A stretch of DNA of 64,000 bases from Bacteroidales bacterium (GCA_045130275.1 JBGUPL010000013.1:3900-67899); one strand, 5' to 3'; shown: positions 19,082 through 27,618, numbered from the stretch's first letter. Notes: generated from the sequence alone by a model not told the origin. Program-made: numbers and translations.

Positions 19082-21406
19082 TCAGGGATCAAGATAGATT
19101 TTCACGATTCCTGACGAATTATCAAGCACTTGCGATTTGACGCGGCCTTTTCCTGAGATTCTAACTTTGTAGCCGGCACGGATAAGTTCCGTGACAGCAT
19201 CGGAGGCGAGCATACCCCGCACATCGGGCATTTTCTGGTACTGAGTCAGCGGCAGCGCGCGCACTGAGACGTGGCGGTTCGTGTCTGCCGCATCCACCCG
19301 GAGATAAGGCGCTGGCGTTTCGTAATCCACTGTATCATAGCCCAAACCGTTCAGCAGGGTGTTGAAGTATTTCCTGCGGATGGGGGCCGTGCGTCCCAGC
19401 GGCGTGAACGGGAAATCTGCGGCACTGCGTGTGGCACTGTAGTTGGAGCTGTTCATGATGCTGCGGGCAATGCGCGCGAAAGCATCAACAGCCACACTAC
19501 TCATCTGAGGCACACCGTAGATATAGACAATGACGGTGTATTGCGGCCTGTCCATCGGGAAGTAGCCACAGAAGGAGACCGCGTTGATATCCTTCCTGTA
19601 GCAACCCATCTGCTCGTCCCAAATGTCGCGGGTTCCCGTCTTGCCTGCGAACATGCAGTTCTCGTCACGGTACCGGTAGGCTGTCCCGTGTTCACCCCAC
19701 ACCACTTGCTCCAGATAATAGCGTGCCTTCCGGACAGTGGAAGCAGAGGCTATGGAATCCATAAGTACCTGTGGCTCAAAACGTTGAACGGTATCATACA
19801 TATCCGTGACATAACGGACAAACATAGGTGCCATCATCTTTCCATCGTTGGCAATGGCGTTGTAATAGATCAACGTTCGGATAATCGGGATGTTGAAGCC
19901 CGCCCCGAAACAAGTTGCATAGTAGGTGTTAAAATCGTTGGTGCCGTCCTTGATGCGGGCAGGCAGAAGGTCGCCGAGCTGGCTGTGCACCGTGTCCAGG
20001 AGACCGAACTTCCTGAGCTGCTCGAGATAGTTGGCGAACCCCCGTTTCCCGTACGTGTCAAAGATCATCTTGGCTATACCGACATTCGACGAACGTTTGA
20101 ACACCTCAAGGGCAGAGACGTCGAGCACCGGATAGTCATGGTCAACCTTCGTGTACTTGAGGATTTTTCCGGATTTTGTGGGGAATTCGAACGTGTTCTT
20201 GTAGATTCTGTACCTGCCGACGGTGTCATTGGGGACTTTCTCGAGGTATGCCAGCAGGGAAGCCAGTTTGAAGGTGGAGCCCGGCTCGACCTTGGCATTG
20301 AGGGCATACTCCATGCTTTCGGTATAGTAGGAAGCGTCAGGCGCCGCACGGCGCAGGTTGGAAATGGCCTTGATCTCACCGGTCTTGGTCTCCATCACGA
20401 TGGCGCAGCCCCACTCCGCATTCAACTCCGAAAGTTTCCGGGAGAGTTCGTTGTGTACAGCGTGCTGTATTTCCAACTTCAAGGTAGTGTGGATGTTATA
20501 GCCATCGACAGGGTCCATTCTGTCCCGAAGCGGCACTTTGGCATGGTTAAGTTCAAGGTATTTCTTACTGCCCTCGACACCGCCCAGAATGTCGTTCATG
20601 GAATGCTCCAGCCCGTATTGGCGTTCCGGACTCTCCACACCGAGAGTGCGCTTGGCCATCTCCCCATAGGGGTTAATACGCACATTCGCAGACACATAGT
20701 TGAAGTGCGGATGCATCACTGCCACCCGGAGGGTGTCATAGGTGGGCGCCGCTTCGACACCTTGGCGTTTCGCTCTTCTTTTCTCCCGTTTGCTTATCTT
20801 CTTGTCGGCCACGACAACCGTCTTGAACAGATAAGGCCGGTTTTTGATGAATGCGGTATCGACGCCCATCACCCACGACTTTTCATCCCAATCCTTCACG
20901 GGGAACAGGGTGGCATAGTGCTTGTTCTTGACATTCTTTTTGAAGAAGTCGTAGTAGTAATCGGCATCATATCTCGGGAAACGGTCTTTGAATTGCAGAT
21001 AAAAGTCATCGGCCAGTTTGCGGAAGATGGAGTCGAAGGCGTTCGGATTCTTGCTGAGCGTGTCGCCATACTCTTTCACAAAGCCTTTGCCGTCGAAGGC
21101 CACCTCGAAAACGGTGAAATTCGCCACCAGCACACGGCCGTGGTCATCATAGATCTCGCCGCGGACAGGCCGCAGGGTGTTCTCGCGCACGAAACAGTAG
21201 GTGTCGTCGTTCGCCAGATCCTCCCAGCCGGGCTCGGTGGTGTCCACACATTTGTCGGACGTGCCGGAAGCGACAGCGCGTTCCACGATGGAAAGGTAGA
21301 GGATCTTGGCCAAGCAGGCAACGCCGAACAACAGCATCAGCAGATAAACCACCGACATTCTCCGCAAGGTGGTAGGAGAGGCCTCTTTTCTTCTACTTGT
21401 TTTCAT
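19082..21406 (-). CDS. ftsI: Class B penicillin-binding protein (FtsI/PBP3-like) with a C-terminal PASTA-like domain
   Basis: 774 aa with an N-terminal TM anchor. Transpeptidase motifs STFK, SSN and KTGT are present. The last ~60 aa (MPDVRGMLASDAVTELIRAGYKVRISGKGRVKSQVL...) fit the PASTA pattern. Confidence 0.88.
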   Translation of the reverse strand: MKTSRRKEASPTTLRRMSVVYLLMLLFGVACLAKILYLSIVERAVASGTSDKCVDTTEPGWEDLANDDTYCFVRENTLRPVRGEIYDDHGRVLVANFTVFEVAFDGKGFVKEYGDTLSKNPNAFDSIFRKLADDFYLQFKDRFPRYDADYYYDFFKKNVKNKHYATLFPVKDWDEKSWVMGVDTAFIKNRPYLFKTVVVADKKISKREKRRAKRQGVEAAPTYDTLRVAVMHPHFNYVSANVRINPYGEMAKRTLGVESPERQYGLEHSMNDILGGVEGSKKYLELNHAKVPLRDRMDPVDGYNIHTTLKLEIQHAVHNELSRKLSELNAEWGCAIVMETKTGEIKAISNLRRAAPDASYYTESMEYALNAKVEPGSTFKLASLLAYLEKVPNDTVGRYRIYKNTFEFPTKSGKILKYTKVDHDYPVLDVSALEVFKRSSNVGIAKMIFDTYGKRGFANYLEQLRKFGLLDTVHSQLGDLLPARIKDGTNDFNTYYATCFGAGFNIPIIRTLIYYNAIANDGKMMAPMFVRYVTDMYDTVQRFEPQVLMDSIASASTVRKARYYLEQVVWGEHGTAYRYRDENCMFAGKTGTRDIWDEQMGCYRKDINAVSFCGYFPMDRPQYTVIVYIYGVPQMSSVAVDAFARIARSIMNSSNYSATRSAADFPFTPLGRTAPIRRKYFNTLLNGLGYDTVDYETPAPYLRVDAADTNRHVSVRALPLTQYQKMPDVRGMLASDAVTELIRAGYKVRISGKGRVKSQVLDNSSGIVKIYLDP

Positions 21407-21809
21407 GAGTCCGCTCCTTTCTTTTAAACCAACGGCGCTTCTCCACCGGCTTCGGGGTCTCTTTCACCGTAAACGTGTGTTTCTCGTCTGTCACAAATCC
21501 CCTTTCCTGCATCTTCTGGATGAGGATTTTGTTTTTCTCGTAGGGGATGAACTGATTGTTCGCTTTCAGTTTGCTGATTTCCGCTTTATACGTATTCTCC
21601 AGCTCCGTGATCTTCTTCTGTTTGACATGGATACGCTGCTCGCTGACCACCAAAATGGTGACCAGGATCAGCACGAAAAAGAAATACAAGTACCATGGAC
21701 GGACTTTCTTTTTCACCAAAATCTCACCTCCGAAGATATTGGAGAAGAATTCACCGAAACGGGTGCGTTCTTTCGGCTGCTGTTGCGGATTATGAGAGGT
21801 GGTTTCCAT
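21393..21809 (-). CDS. FtsL-like single-pass division protein
   Basis: 138 aa with one TM (WYLYFFFVLILVTILVV) followed by a short coiled-coil. It lies between rsmH and ftsI. Confidence 0.6.
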   Translation of the reverse strand: METTSHNPQQQPKERTRFGEFFSNIFGGEILVKKKVRPWYLYFFFVLILVTILVVSEQRIHVKQKKITELENTYKAEISKLKANNQFIPYEKNKILIQKMQERGFVTDEKHTFTVKETPKPVEKRRWFKRKERTHENK

Positions 21810-22716
21810 GATTGATAGGGGTTATTTTCTCGGCGACGCGCAGTTTGGCGCTGCGGGCGCGAGGATTGACACTAATTTCTTCTTCATCAGGCTGAACGGC
21901 TTTCCTCGTGATGAGTTTGAACGGAGTCAGGGGATTGCCGTAAAAATCCTTCTCCACCTCGCCGTCCAGTTTTCCGGCACGCATGAAGTTCTTCACCATG
22001 CGGTCTTCCAAAGAATGGTAAGAGATGACGACCAGCCGGCCGCCAACTTTCAACGCTTCCAGGGCTTGCGTGAGAAAAGACTCCAAAACGGCCATTTCCT
22101 GGTTGACTTCGATGCGTATGGCCTGGAATATTTTGGAAAGGCTTTTATTCTCCTTCCCCCGCAACAACGACGGGCGAAGAGCCTCCACCAGTTGTCCGGT
22201 GGTGGTGATGGGCTGCTCCTCACGGGCTTTAAGGATGCGGCGGGCCAACGCACGAGCGTCGGAAAGCTCGCCGTATCGGTAGAACATGTCGGTCAGCGCC
22301 TTCTCATCGTATTGGTTCACAACATCTTGGGCCGATTTTCCGGATTGAGTGTTCATCCGCATGTCCAACACGCCGTCCTCGCGGTAGGAAAAGCCGCGTT
22401 CAGGGGTATCGAACTGATGGGAAGAGACCCCAAGGTCGGCCAAGATGCCGTCCACGGGAAGGACCTGATGATATTTAAGGAATCTGTTGAGATTCTTGAA
22501 ATTGGAAGGCACAAAAGTGAATCGCTCGTCCTCGATAAGTTGCGATTGCGCATCCGAATCCTGATCAAAAGCGACAAGACGGCCTTGCTGCAATTTCTGC
22601 ATGATGGAACGAGAATGACCACCGCCGCCATAAGTGACATCGACATAAGTGCCGTTGGGATTTGTAACTAAGTAATCTACAGATTGTTGAAGAAGGACCG
22701 GGTTATGATATTCCAT
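21790..22716 (-). CDS. rsmH: 16S rRNA (cytosine1402-N4)-methyltransferase RsmH
   Basis: 308 aa starting MEYHNPVLL..., with DVTYGGGGHS and LGVSSHQFD motifs. Confidence 0.92.
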   Translation of the reverse strand: MEYHNPVLLQQSVDYLVTNPNGTYVDVTYGGGGHSRSIMQKLQQGRLVAFDQDSDAQSQLIEDERFTFVPSNFKNLNRFLKYHQVLPVDGILADLGVSSHQFDTPERGFSYREDGVLDMRMNTQSGKSAQDVVNQYDEKALTDMFYRYGELSDARALARRILKAREEQPITTTGQLVEALRPSLLRGKENKSLSKIFQAIRIEVNQEMAVLESFLTQALEALKVGGRLVVISYHSLEDRMVKNFMRAGKLDGEVEKDFYGNPLTPFKLITRKAVQPDEEEISVNPRARSAKLRVAEKITPINHGNHLS

Positions 22717-23185
22717 TTTGGCCCTCCTTTTCCGTCAAATAGTGCCCGAGGTGCATCTCCTCGTTGAGTTTCTCAAAGTCTTCGGGCTGCATGTCGAACT
22801 TTTCGTGGTATTTCCGACTGTTCCACATTTCGATCTGCCCATTATCCAGCACCATAACCAACTCTTTGTCAATGGAATACATATCCATCAGCGGTTTAGG
22901 GATAACAATACGATGCTGGGCGTCGCATTCCAGCATGGCCGTGTTGCGCAGAAAGGCGTTGCGGTACAGTTTCACACGGGTCAGGTTGCGGTCAAGGGAA
23001 TTCATATAGTCCATCTGCTTGCGATAGGCTTTTTCGGACCAAAGCATAATGTACTCGCCGAAACCGTGCGTGACATAGAAAGTCTTGCGCTCATCTTCCG
23101 ACAGCGCACGCAAAAGAGCCGTGGGCAGCTTCAACCGCCCGCTCTTCTCTATCGAGACTTCCCAATATCCGTATTCCGTAGTCAT
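22703..23185 (-). CDS. mraZ: Transcriptional regulator MraZ
   Basis: Two SpoVT/AbrB-like halves (SGRLKLP... / HRIVIPKPL). The start is set at ATG 23185 because a -7 box overlaps the longer ORF start. Confidence 0.8.
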   Translation of the reverse strand: MTTEYGYWEVSIEKSGRLKLPTALLRALSEDERKTFYVTHGFGEYIMLWSEKAYRKQMDYMNSLDRNLTRVKLYRNAFLRNTAMLECDAQHRIVIPKPLMDMYSIDKELVMVLDNGQIEMWNSRKYHEKFDMQPEDFEKLNEEMHLGHYLTEKEGQNGIS

Positions 23186-23218
23186 TTTCCTTCCAAAAAA
23201 CCAGAATTTTTCAGACGA

Positions 23219-23226
23219 CAAAAATA
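23219..23226 (-). promoter_or_regulatory. Candidate -7 box (TATTTTTG) for the dcw operon
   Basis: Plus strand caaaaata, 34 nt upstream of the mraZ ATG at 23185, at the edge of a very AT-rich divergent region (23222-23570). Confidence 0.5.
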
Positions 23227-23569
23227 TAATTTTTCCTCAACAAATTTCCATAATCCTCTACTTATTTAATGCTTGTTGTTAAAAATTACACTTAACATTC
23301 TGATTATCAATATGGAATAATATGGAAAAAAGTTATAAACACATTTCAACAATAAAAATAACATGTTGATTTACAAATAAATACAATATACTGTTTATTA
23401 AATTGTTATATCGCTGATAGTTAGTTATTTTAATAAAATATCAAGATTATTATTCAAAAATAACACTGTCACCACAACTGATCTTGGAAAAAAATGGAAA
23501 CTTTTGGAGAGCCACCCGCTCATCCAAACGCCAAATCAAGACATCGTCATGGTTATCGTCAAAAAATTG

Positions 23570-23577
23570 TATTTTTG
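23570..23577 (+). promoter_or_regulatory. Candidate -7 box (TATTTTTG) for hflX
   Basis: Exact TAnnTTTG match 26 nt upstream of ATG 23603. Confidence 0.5.
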
Positions 23578-23602
23578 CCGTCATAATAAGAAAGAAGCAT
23601 CA

Positions 23603-24805
23603 ATGGCGAAGCAAAAGGAGATAGAACACCCTGACAATTACCGCGAGACAGCTGTGCTGATAGCCGTGTCCACGCCCGACGTGGCGGAAGAGAAAACGAT
23701 GGAATACCTTGACGAGCTAGCCTTCCTCGTGGAGACTGCCGGCGGGACCAGCGTGAAGAAGTTCACCCAAAACCTCGCCCACCCGGACACGCGCACCTAT
23801 TTCGGCTCCGGCAAAATCCGTGAGGTGGCCGACTACGTGCACGAAAACGACATTGACATGGTGGTCGTGGACGACGAGCTTCCTCCTTCACAACAGCGTA
23901 ATATAGAAGAACTTATGCGCTGCAAGGTCATGGACCGCACGCACCTCATCCTCGACATCTTCGCCAAGCATGCGCAGACCGCCCACGCCAAGACGCAGGT
24001 GGAGCTGGCGCAGTACAAATACCTCCTACCCCGCCTCACCGGTATGTGGACACACTTGGAAAAACAGCGTGGCGGTATTGGCATGAGAGGTCCCGGCGAG
24101 AAGGAAATCGAGACCGACCGCCGTATCATCCGCGACCGTATCTCTTTGTTGGAAAAGCGGTTGAAGGAAATAGACAAGCAGAAGAAAACCCAGCGCGGAC
24201 ACCGCGAGCAATTCGTACGAGTCGCTTTGGTCGGCTACACCAACGTCGGGAAATCGACCATCATGAACCTGCTCAGCAACTCCGATGTGCTCGTCGAGAA
24301 CAAGCTCTTTGCCACCTTGGACACCACTGTTCGTAAGGTCGTTTTCCAAAACCTGCCCTTCCTATTGTCTGACACAGTGGGATTTATCCGAAAACTCCCG
24401 CATAGTTTGGTGGAGTCGTTCAAGTCAACCCTCGACGAGGTCCGCGAGACGCATCTGTTGCTGCACGTTGTCGATATCAGTCATCCCGACTTCGAGGAGC
24501 ACATCCAAACCGTGCAGAAAACGCTCGATGAAATTGACTGCGGCGGAAAGCCCACGGTCATCATTTTCAACAAGATAGACCAATACTCCTGGGTGGAGAA
24601 AGCCGAGGACGATCTCACACCCAAGACCAAGGAGAACGTCACACTTGACGAGCTCAAGGCCACCTGGATGGCGAAACTCGGCCCGAAAACGCTCTTCATC
24701 TCCGCAAAAACGAAGGAAAATGTCAATGAAATGAAGGATTTTCTGTACGAAGAGATCAAGAAGTTGCATATCCAGATTTATCCGTACAATAATTTCTTGT
24801 ACTAA
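23603..24805 (+). CDS. hflX: GTPase HflX
   Basis: HflX N-domain followed by G motifs GYTNVGKST, DTVGF and NKID. The start is set at the first ATG after the promoter box; the tracked ORF begins at an upstream TTG. Confidence 0.88.
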   Translation: MAKQKEIEHPDNYRETAVLIAVSTPDVAEEKTMEYLDELAFLVETAGGTSVKKFTQNLAHPDTRTYFGSGKIREVADYVHENDIDMVVVDDELPPSQQRNIEELMRCKVMDRTHLILDIFAKHAQTAHAKTQVELAQYKYLLPRLTGMWTHLEKQRGGIGMRGPGEKEIETDRRIIRDRISLLEKRLKEIDKQKKTQRGHREQFVRVALVGYTNVGKSTIMNLLSNSDVLVENKLFATLDTTVRKVVFQNLPFLLSDTVGFIRKLPHSLVESFKSTLDEVRETHLLLHVVDISHPDFEEHIQTVQKTLDEIDCGGKPTVIIFNKIDQYSWVEKAEDDLTPKTKENVTLDELKATWMAKLGPKTLFISAKTKENVNEMKDFLYEEIKKLHIQIYPYNNFLY

Positions 24806-24808
24806 TGT

Positions 24809-24863
24809 CATTCCTTAAACAGTCCCGACAGGGACAAGAGCTCGGTATAAGAACGATTCGCAA
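24809..24863 (+). repeat. Copy A of a conserved intergenic hairpin element (CATTCCTT..CAGTCCC-loop-GGGACAAGAGCTCGGTA...ATTCGCAA)
   Basis: A second copy lies at 33812-33872 in the same orientation. The ~39-nt core differs at about five positions, three of them in the hairpin loop. Confidence 0.8.
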
Positions 24864-24899
24864 TTAATTTGGAAAAAGAAATGCAGGTTCAACGTTAAC

Positions 24900-26189
24900 A
24901 TGTTAGCAGAGAAGACATTAGAGAAGCTGCGCGTTTTGGCGGAGTCGGCGAAGTACGATGTGTCGTGCTCGTCGAGCGGCACCGTGCGCGGCGGCAAGAA
25001 GGGCATGGTGGGCAACACCGTGGGCGGCGTGGGCATCTGCCACTCTTTTGCCGATGACGGTCGCTGCATCTCGCTGCTGAAGGTGATGCTGACCAACCAC
25101 TGCATGTACGACTGCGCCTATTGCGTCAACCGGCGCTCCAACGACATCAAACGCGCCACCCTCTCCGTGTCGGAATTGGAGGAGATCACGATGGAGTTCT
25201 ACCGCCGCAACTACATCGAAGGGCTGTTCCTTTCCAGCGGTGTGGTCCGCAACCCCGACTACACGATGGAGCGGCTCACCGCCATCGTCCGCGACCTCCG
25301 GCTCATCCATCGTTTCAACGGCTACATCCACCTGAAAGCCATCCCGGGCGCCTCGCAGGAACTGCTCAACGAGGCCGGCCGCTACGCCGACCGTATGAGC
25401 GTGAACATCGAAATACCCCGCGAGGAGTCGCTGAAGATGTTGGCACCGGAAAAAGACCACCGCAGTGTCTTCCAACCCATGAAACTCATCCAGCAAGGCG
25501 TGCTCGAGAACAAGGAGGACCGCAAACACTACCGTCACGCGCCCCGCTTCGTGCCCGCCGGACAATCGACCCAGATGATCGTGGGCGCCACCAAGGATAC
25601 CGACCGCGAGATCCTCACCATGTCGTCGCTGCTCTACGGTCAGCCCTCCATGCGCCGCGTCTATTATTCGGGCTACGTGAGTGTCAACACGTTCGACTCG
25701 CGCCTGCCCGTGCTCAAACAGCCGCCACTCGTGCGCGAAAACCGCCTCTACCAGGCCGACTGGCTGCTCCGCTTCTACCACTTCAAGGTGGACGAATTGG
25801 TGGACGACAGCCACGCGAACCTCGACTTGGAGATCGACCCGAAGTTGGCGTGGGCGTTGCGGCATCCCGAATTCTTCCCGGTCGATATCAACACGGCAGA
25901 TTACGAAATGCTGCTGCGCGTGCCCGGCCTCGGCACCAAGTCGGCGTGGCTCATCGTCAACTCCCGCCGTTTCAACCGGTTGACCACCTTCGACCTCAAG
26001 AAGATGGGCGTGGTGATGAAGAAGGCGAAATACTTCATCACCTGCCACGAGCTCGGCGCCTCCAACCTGCAGCCCCTCCTCGGCATCAACGAGCTGACGC
26101 CCGAACGGCTGCGCCCGCTGCTCGTCTCCAAGGCTGAACAGAAACTCGCCGCGAAGGAGGCGCAGTTGTCGTTGGAGTTTGTAGAGTGA
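24900..26189 (+). CDS. Radical SAM protein of the putative DNA modification/repair type (normally paired with a DUF4130/TIGR03915-type partner)
   Basis: 429 aa with the N-terminal AKYDVSCSSSG motif, a CMYDCAYC (Cx3Cx2C) cluster and a C-terminal helix-hairpin-helix-like region (LLRVPGLGTKSA). Confidence 0.8.
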   Translation: MLAEKTLEKLRVLAESAKYDVSCSSSGTVRGGKKGMVGNTVGGVGICHSFADDGRCISLLKVMLTNHCMYDCAYCVNRRSNDIKRATLSVSELEEITMEFYRRNYIEGLFLSSGVVRNPDYTMERLTAIVRDLRLIHRFNGYIHLKAIPGASQELLNEAGRYADRMSVNIEIPREESLKMLAPEKDHRSVFQPMKLIQQGVLENKEDRKHYRHAPRFVPAGQSTQMIVGATKDTDREILTMSSLLYGQPSMRRVYYSGYVSVNTFDSRLPVLKQPPLVRENRLYQADWLLRFYHFKVDELVDDSHANLDLEIDPKLAWALRHPEFFPVDINTADYEMLLRVPGLGTKSAWLIVNSRRFNRLTTFDLKKMGVVMKKAKYFITCHELGASNLQPLLGINELTPERLRPLLVSKAEQKLAAKEAQLSLEFVE

Positions 26190-26300
26190 CGTTGGATATA
26201 GAAAGGGGTTCGTGCCTCCTGCACGGGCGGAATCCGCAATGTCCAACCATCACGCCGGATAATGGCCATGCTCATATACCTACCGTCCAACGCCTCTCCT

Positions 26301-26315
26301 CGTGTCGAAGACACG
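26301..26315. repeat. Palindrome P1, CGTGTCgaaGACACG
   Basis: Perfect 6-bp arms. Same family as 26388-26407 and 27448-27470. Confidence 0.8.
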
Positions 26316-26327
26316 ATATTTTAGAAA

Positions 26328-26364
26328 CCCCACACGGCACTCACTTCGTTCGTTTCGTGTGGGG
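26328..26364. other. Strong hairpin (9-bp GC-rich stem ccccacacg / cgtgtgggg)
   Basis: Read directly, inside a GC-rich non-coding stretch of about 250 nt. Confidence 0.7.
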
Positions 26365-26387
26365 TTGGGCGTGCGCACACGGAATCA

Positions 26388-26407
26388 GCGTGTCGGAGAC
26401 ACGCAAC
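26388..26407. repeat. Palindrome P3, GCGTGTCggaGACACGCAAC: left boundary of the AT-rich cassette
   Basis: Matches 27451-27470 at 17 of 20 positions; all three differences are in the central loop triplet. Confidence 0.85.
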
Positions 26408-26605
26408 TGCACACGCCGCCCCCAGTCGGTTCGAGATTAAATACGGATACTTGAGAACACCTCTTCGTTGGTGTGGAAGGTGGCTTCACCGGCCTCTTTT
26501 CGTATATTTTTAGAGATAACGTCATAATATACAATGGTTTATTATGATATTATTCCTTTTATTAGAAAAAAATCAGAGAGAAGTGTTTTGTGATTAAAAA
26601 TTGTG

Positions 26606-26613
26606 TATCTTTG
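26606..26613 (+). promoter_or_regulatory. Candidate -7 box (TATCTTTG) for the cassette gene
   Basis: Exact consensus match 67 nt upstream of ATG 26680. Confidence 0.5.
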
Positions 26614-26679
26614 CAAAGTTTTATCAAACCAAAAATTTAAAAAAAATAAATATGGGAACAGATTAGTTATCAGTACGAT

Positions 26680-27435
26680 ATGACAGGCAATACAAAAGAA
26701 ACATTATTGTTTTGGCTTGCGATTTTGAGTGGCATATCCTCAATTGCAGGCTTTTTTGTAGCTTTGAGTTCAGATCAAAGCAAGGTTGTTATTGTGTTGA
26801 TTGCCATCATCGTCTTTCTTGTAGCATTGCTGCTTTCAGTTTGGTATGCCATTCACAAAATTGTCCACAAAGAATTTGACAGGGGATACATAAAGCTTTC
26901 GTTCTTTACAAAATGTGAATACGTCAACCAAAATCACATTATCTATGATGGTTATCGTCTGATTCAATCCAAGCGAGCCTTTTTACCAAGTATTAAATGG
27001 GCATTCAAATGGTCAGGCTCCAAACAGCCGATTATTAGCTCAACCCTGCAGGATTGCGATGGTAAAATAATTGAAAACACTTCGAATGACTATGACCACG
27101 TTGTTCTGAAATTTAAGAAAGCACTTTCTTACAATGAATCCGCAGTAGTTCATTTCCATGCCAACATGGATGATGTGGACAATACTGCACAACCATATCT
27201 GGATGTCAGGATTGAAGAACCTATCAGTGTCGTTGATTTCCGTGTAATATTGGCATATAAAGACGCTCAATTTTCAGAAAGGGCACAATTCATGCGAAAG
27301 CCTATCAACAGCGGAATCCCGACGGAATATCAAATACTTGAAACGGTTTCATTCAATTCGTATTCCAAAAGCTACGAATATGTTTTGACAAATCCGGAAG
27401 TCGGATATTTCTACCGGTTGCAGTGGGTGAAATAA
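26680..27435 (+). CDS. Hypothetical membrane protein with two N-terminal TM helices and a beta-rich C-terminal domain of about 185 aa
   Basis: 251-aa ORF that is clearly more AT-rich than its flanks. TM helices: LLFWLAILSGISSIAGFFVAL and VVIVLIAIIVFLVALLLSVWYAI. No recognisable catalytic motif. Confidence 0.7.
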   Translation: MTGNTKETLLFWLAILSGISSIAGFFVALSSDQSKVVIVLIAIIVFLVALLLSVWYAIHKIVHKEFDRGYIKLSFFTKCEYVNQNHIIYDGYRLIQSKRAFLPSIKWAFKWSGSKQPIISSTLQDCDGKIIENTSNDYDHVVLKFKKALSYNESAVVHFHANMDDVDNTAQPYLDVRIEEPISVVDFRVILAYKDAQFSERAQFMRKPINSGIPTEYQILETVSFNSYSKSYEYVLTNPEVGYFYRLQWVK

Positions 27436-27447
27436 CTTGTTGAACTT

Positions 27448-27470
27448 GTTGCGTGTCTTCGACACGCAAC
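27448..27470. repeat. Palindrome P4, GTTGCGTGTCttcGACACGCAAC: right boundary of the cassette and likely terminator
   Basis: Perfect 10-bp arms, 13 nt after the cassette gene stop. Confidence 0.85.
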
Positions 27471-27563
27471 TATTATATGTGCACATCTTCTATTGTTCTT
27501 TATGTTCTAGAGTGCAAAAATCGTAAGTATTTTCATATTCCGAAGAAATATTTCTAAAAGTTG

Positions 27564-27571
27564 TATCTTTG
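27564..27571 (+). promoter_or_regulatory. Candidate -7 box (TATCTTTG) for the DUF4130-type gene
   Basis: Exact consensus match 133 nt upstream of ATG 27704. The leader in between is the TAACC array. Confidence 0.45.
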
Positions 27572-27618
27572 CAACCAGAAAGATCTCCCGATTTCTTCTT
27601 CCTCTCGGTACTACCCAC

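Noticed and set aside
26186-26440. The 84-aa ORF in the GC-rich region after the radical SAM gene.
   Set aside because: Its composition is arbitrary (Arg/Cys/His/Thr-rich), it has no start context or promoter box, and it is made largely of hairpin sequences.
26388-27470. The palindromes flanking the cassette were considered as integron attC sites.
   Set aside because: They are only about 20-23 nt, whereas attC sites are typically much longer imperfect palindromes with extrahelical bases. No intI gene or cassette array is visible. The cassette has its own promoter.
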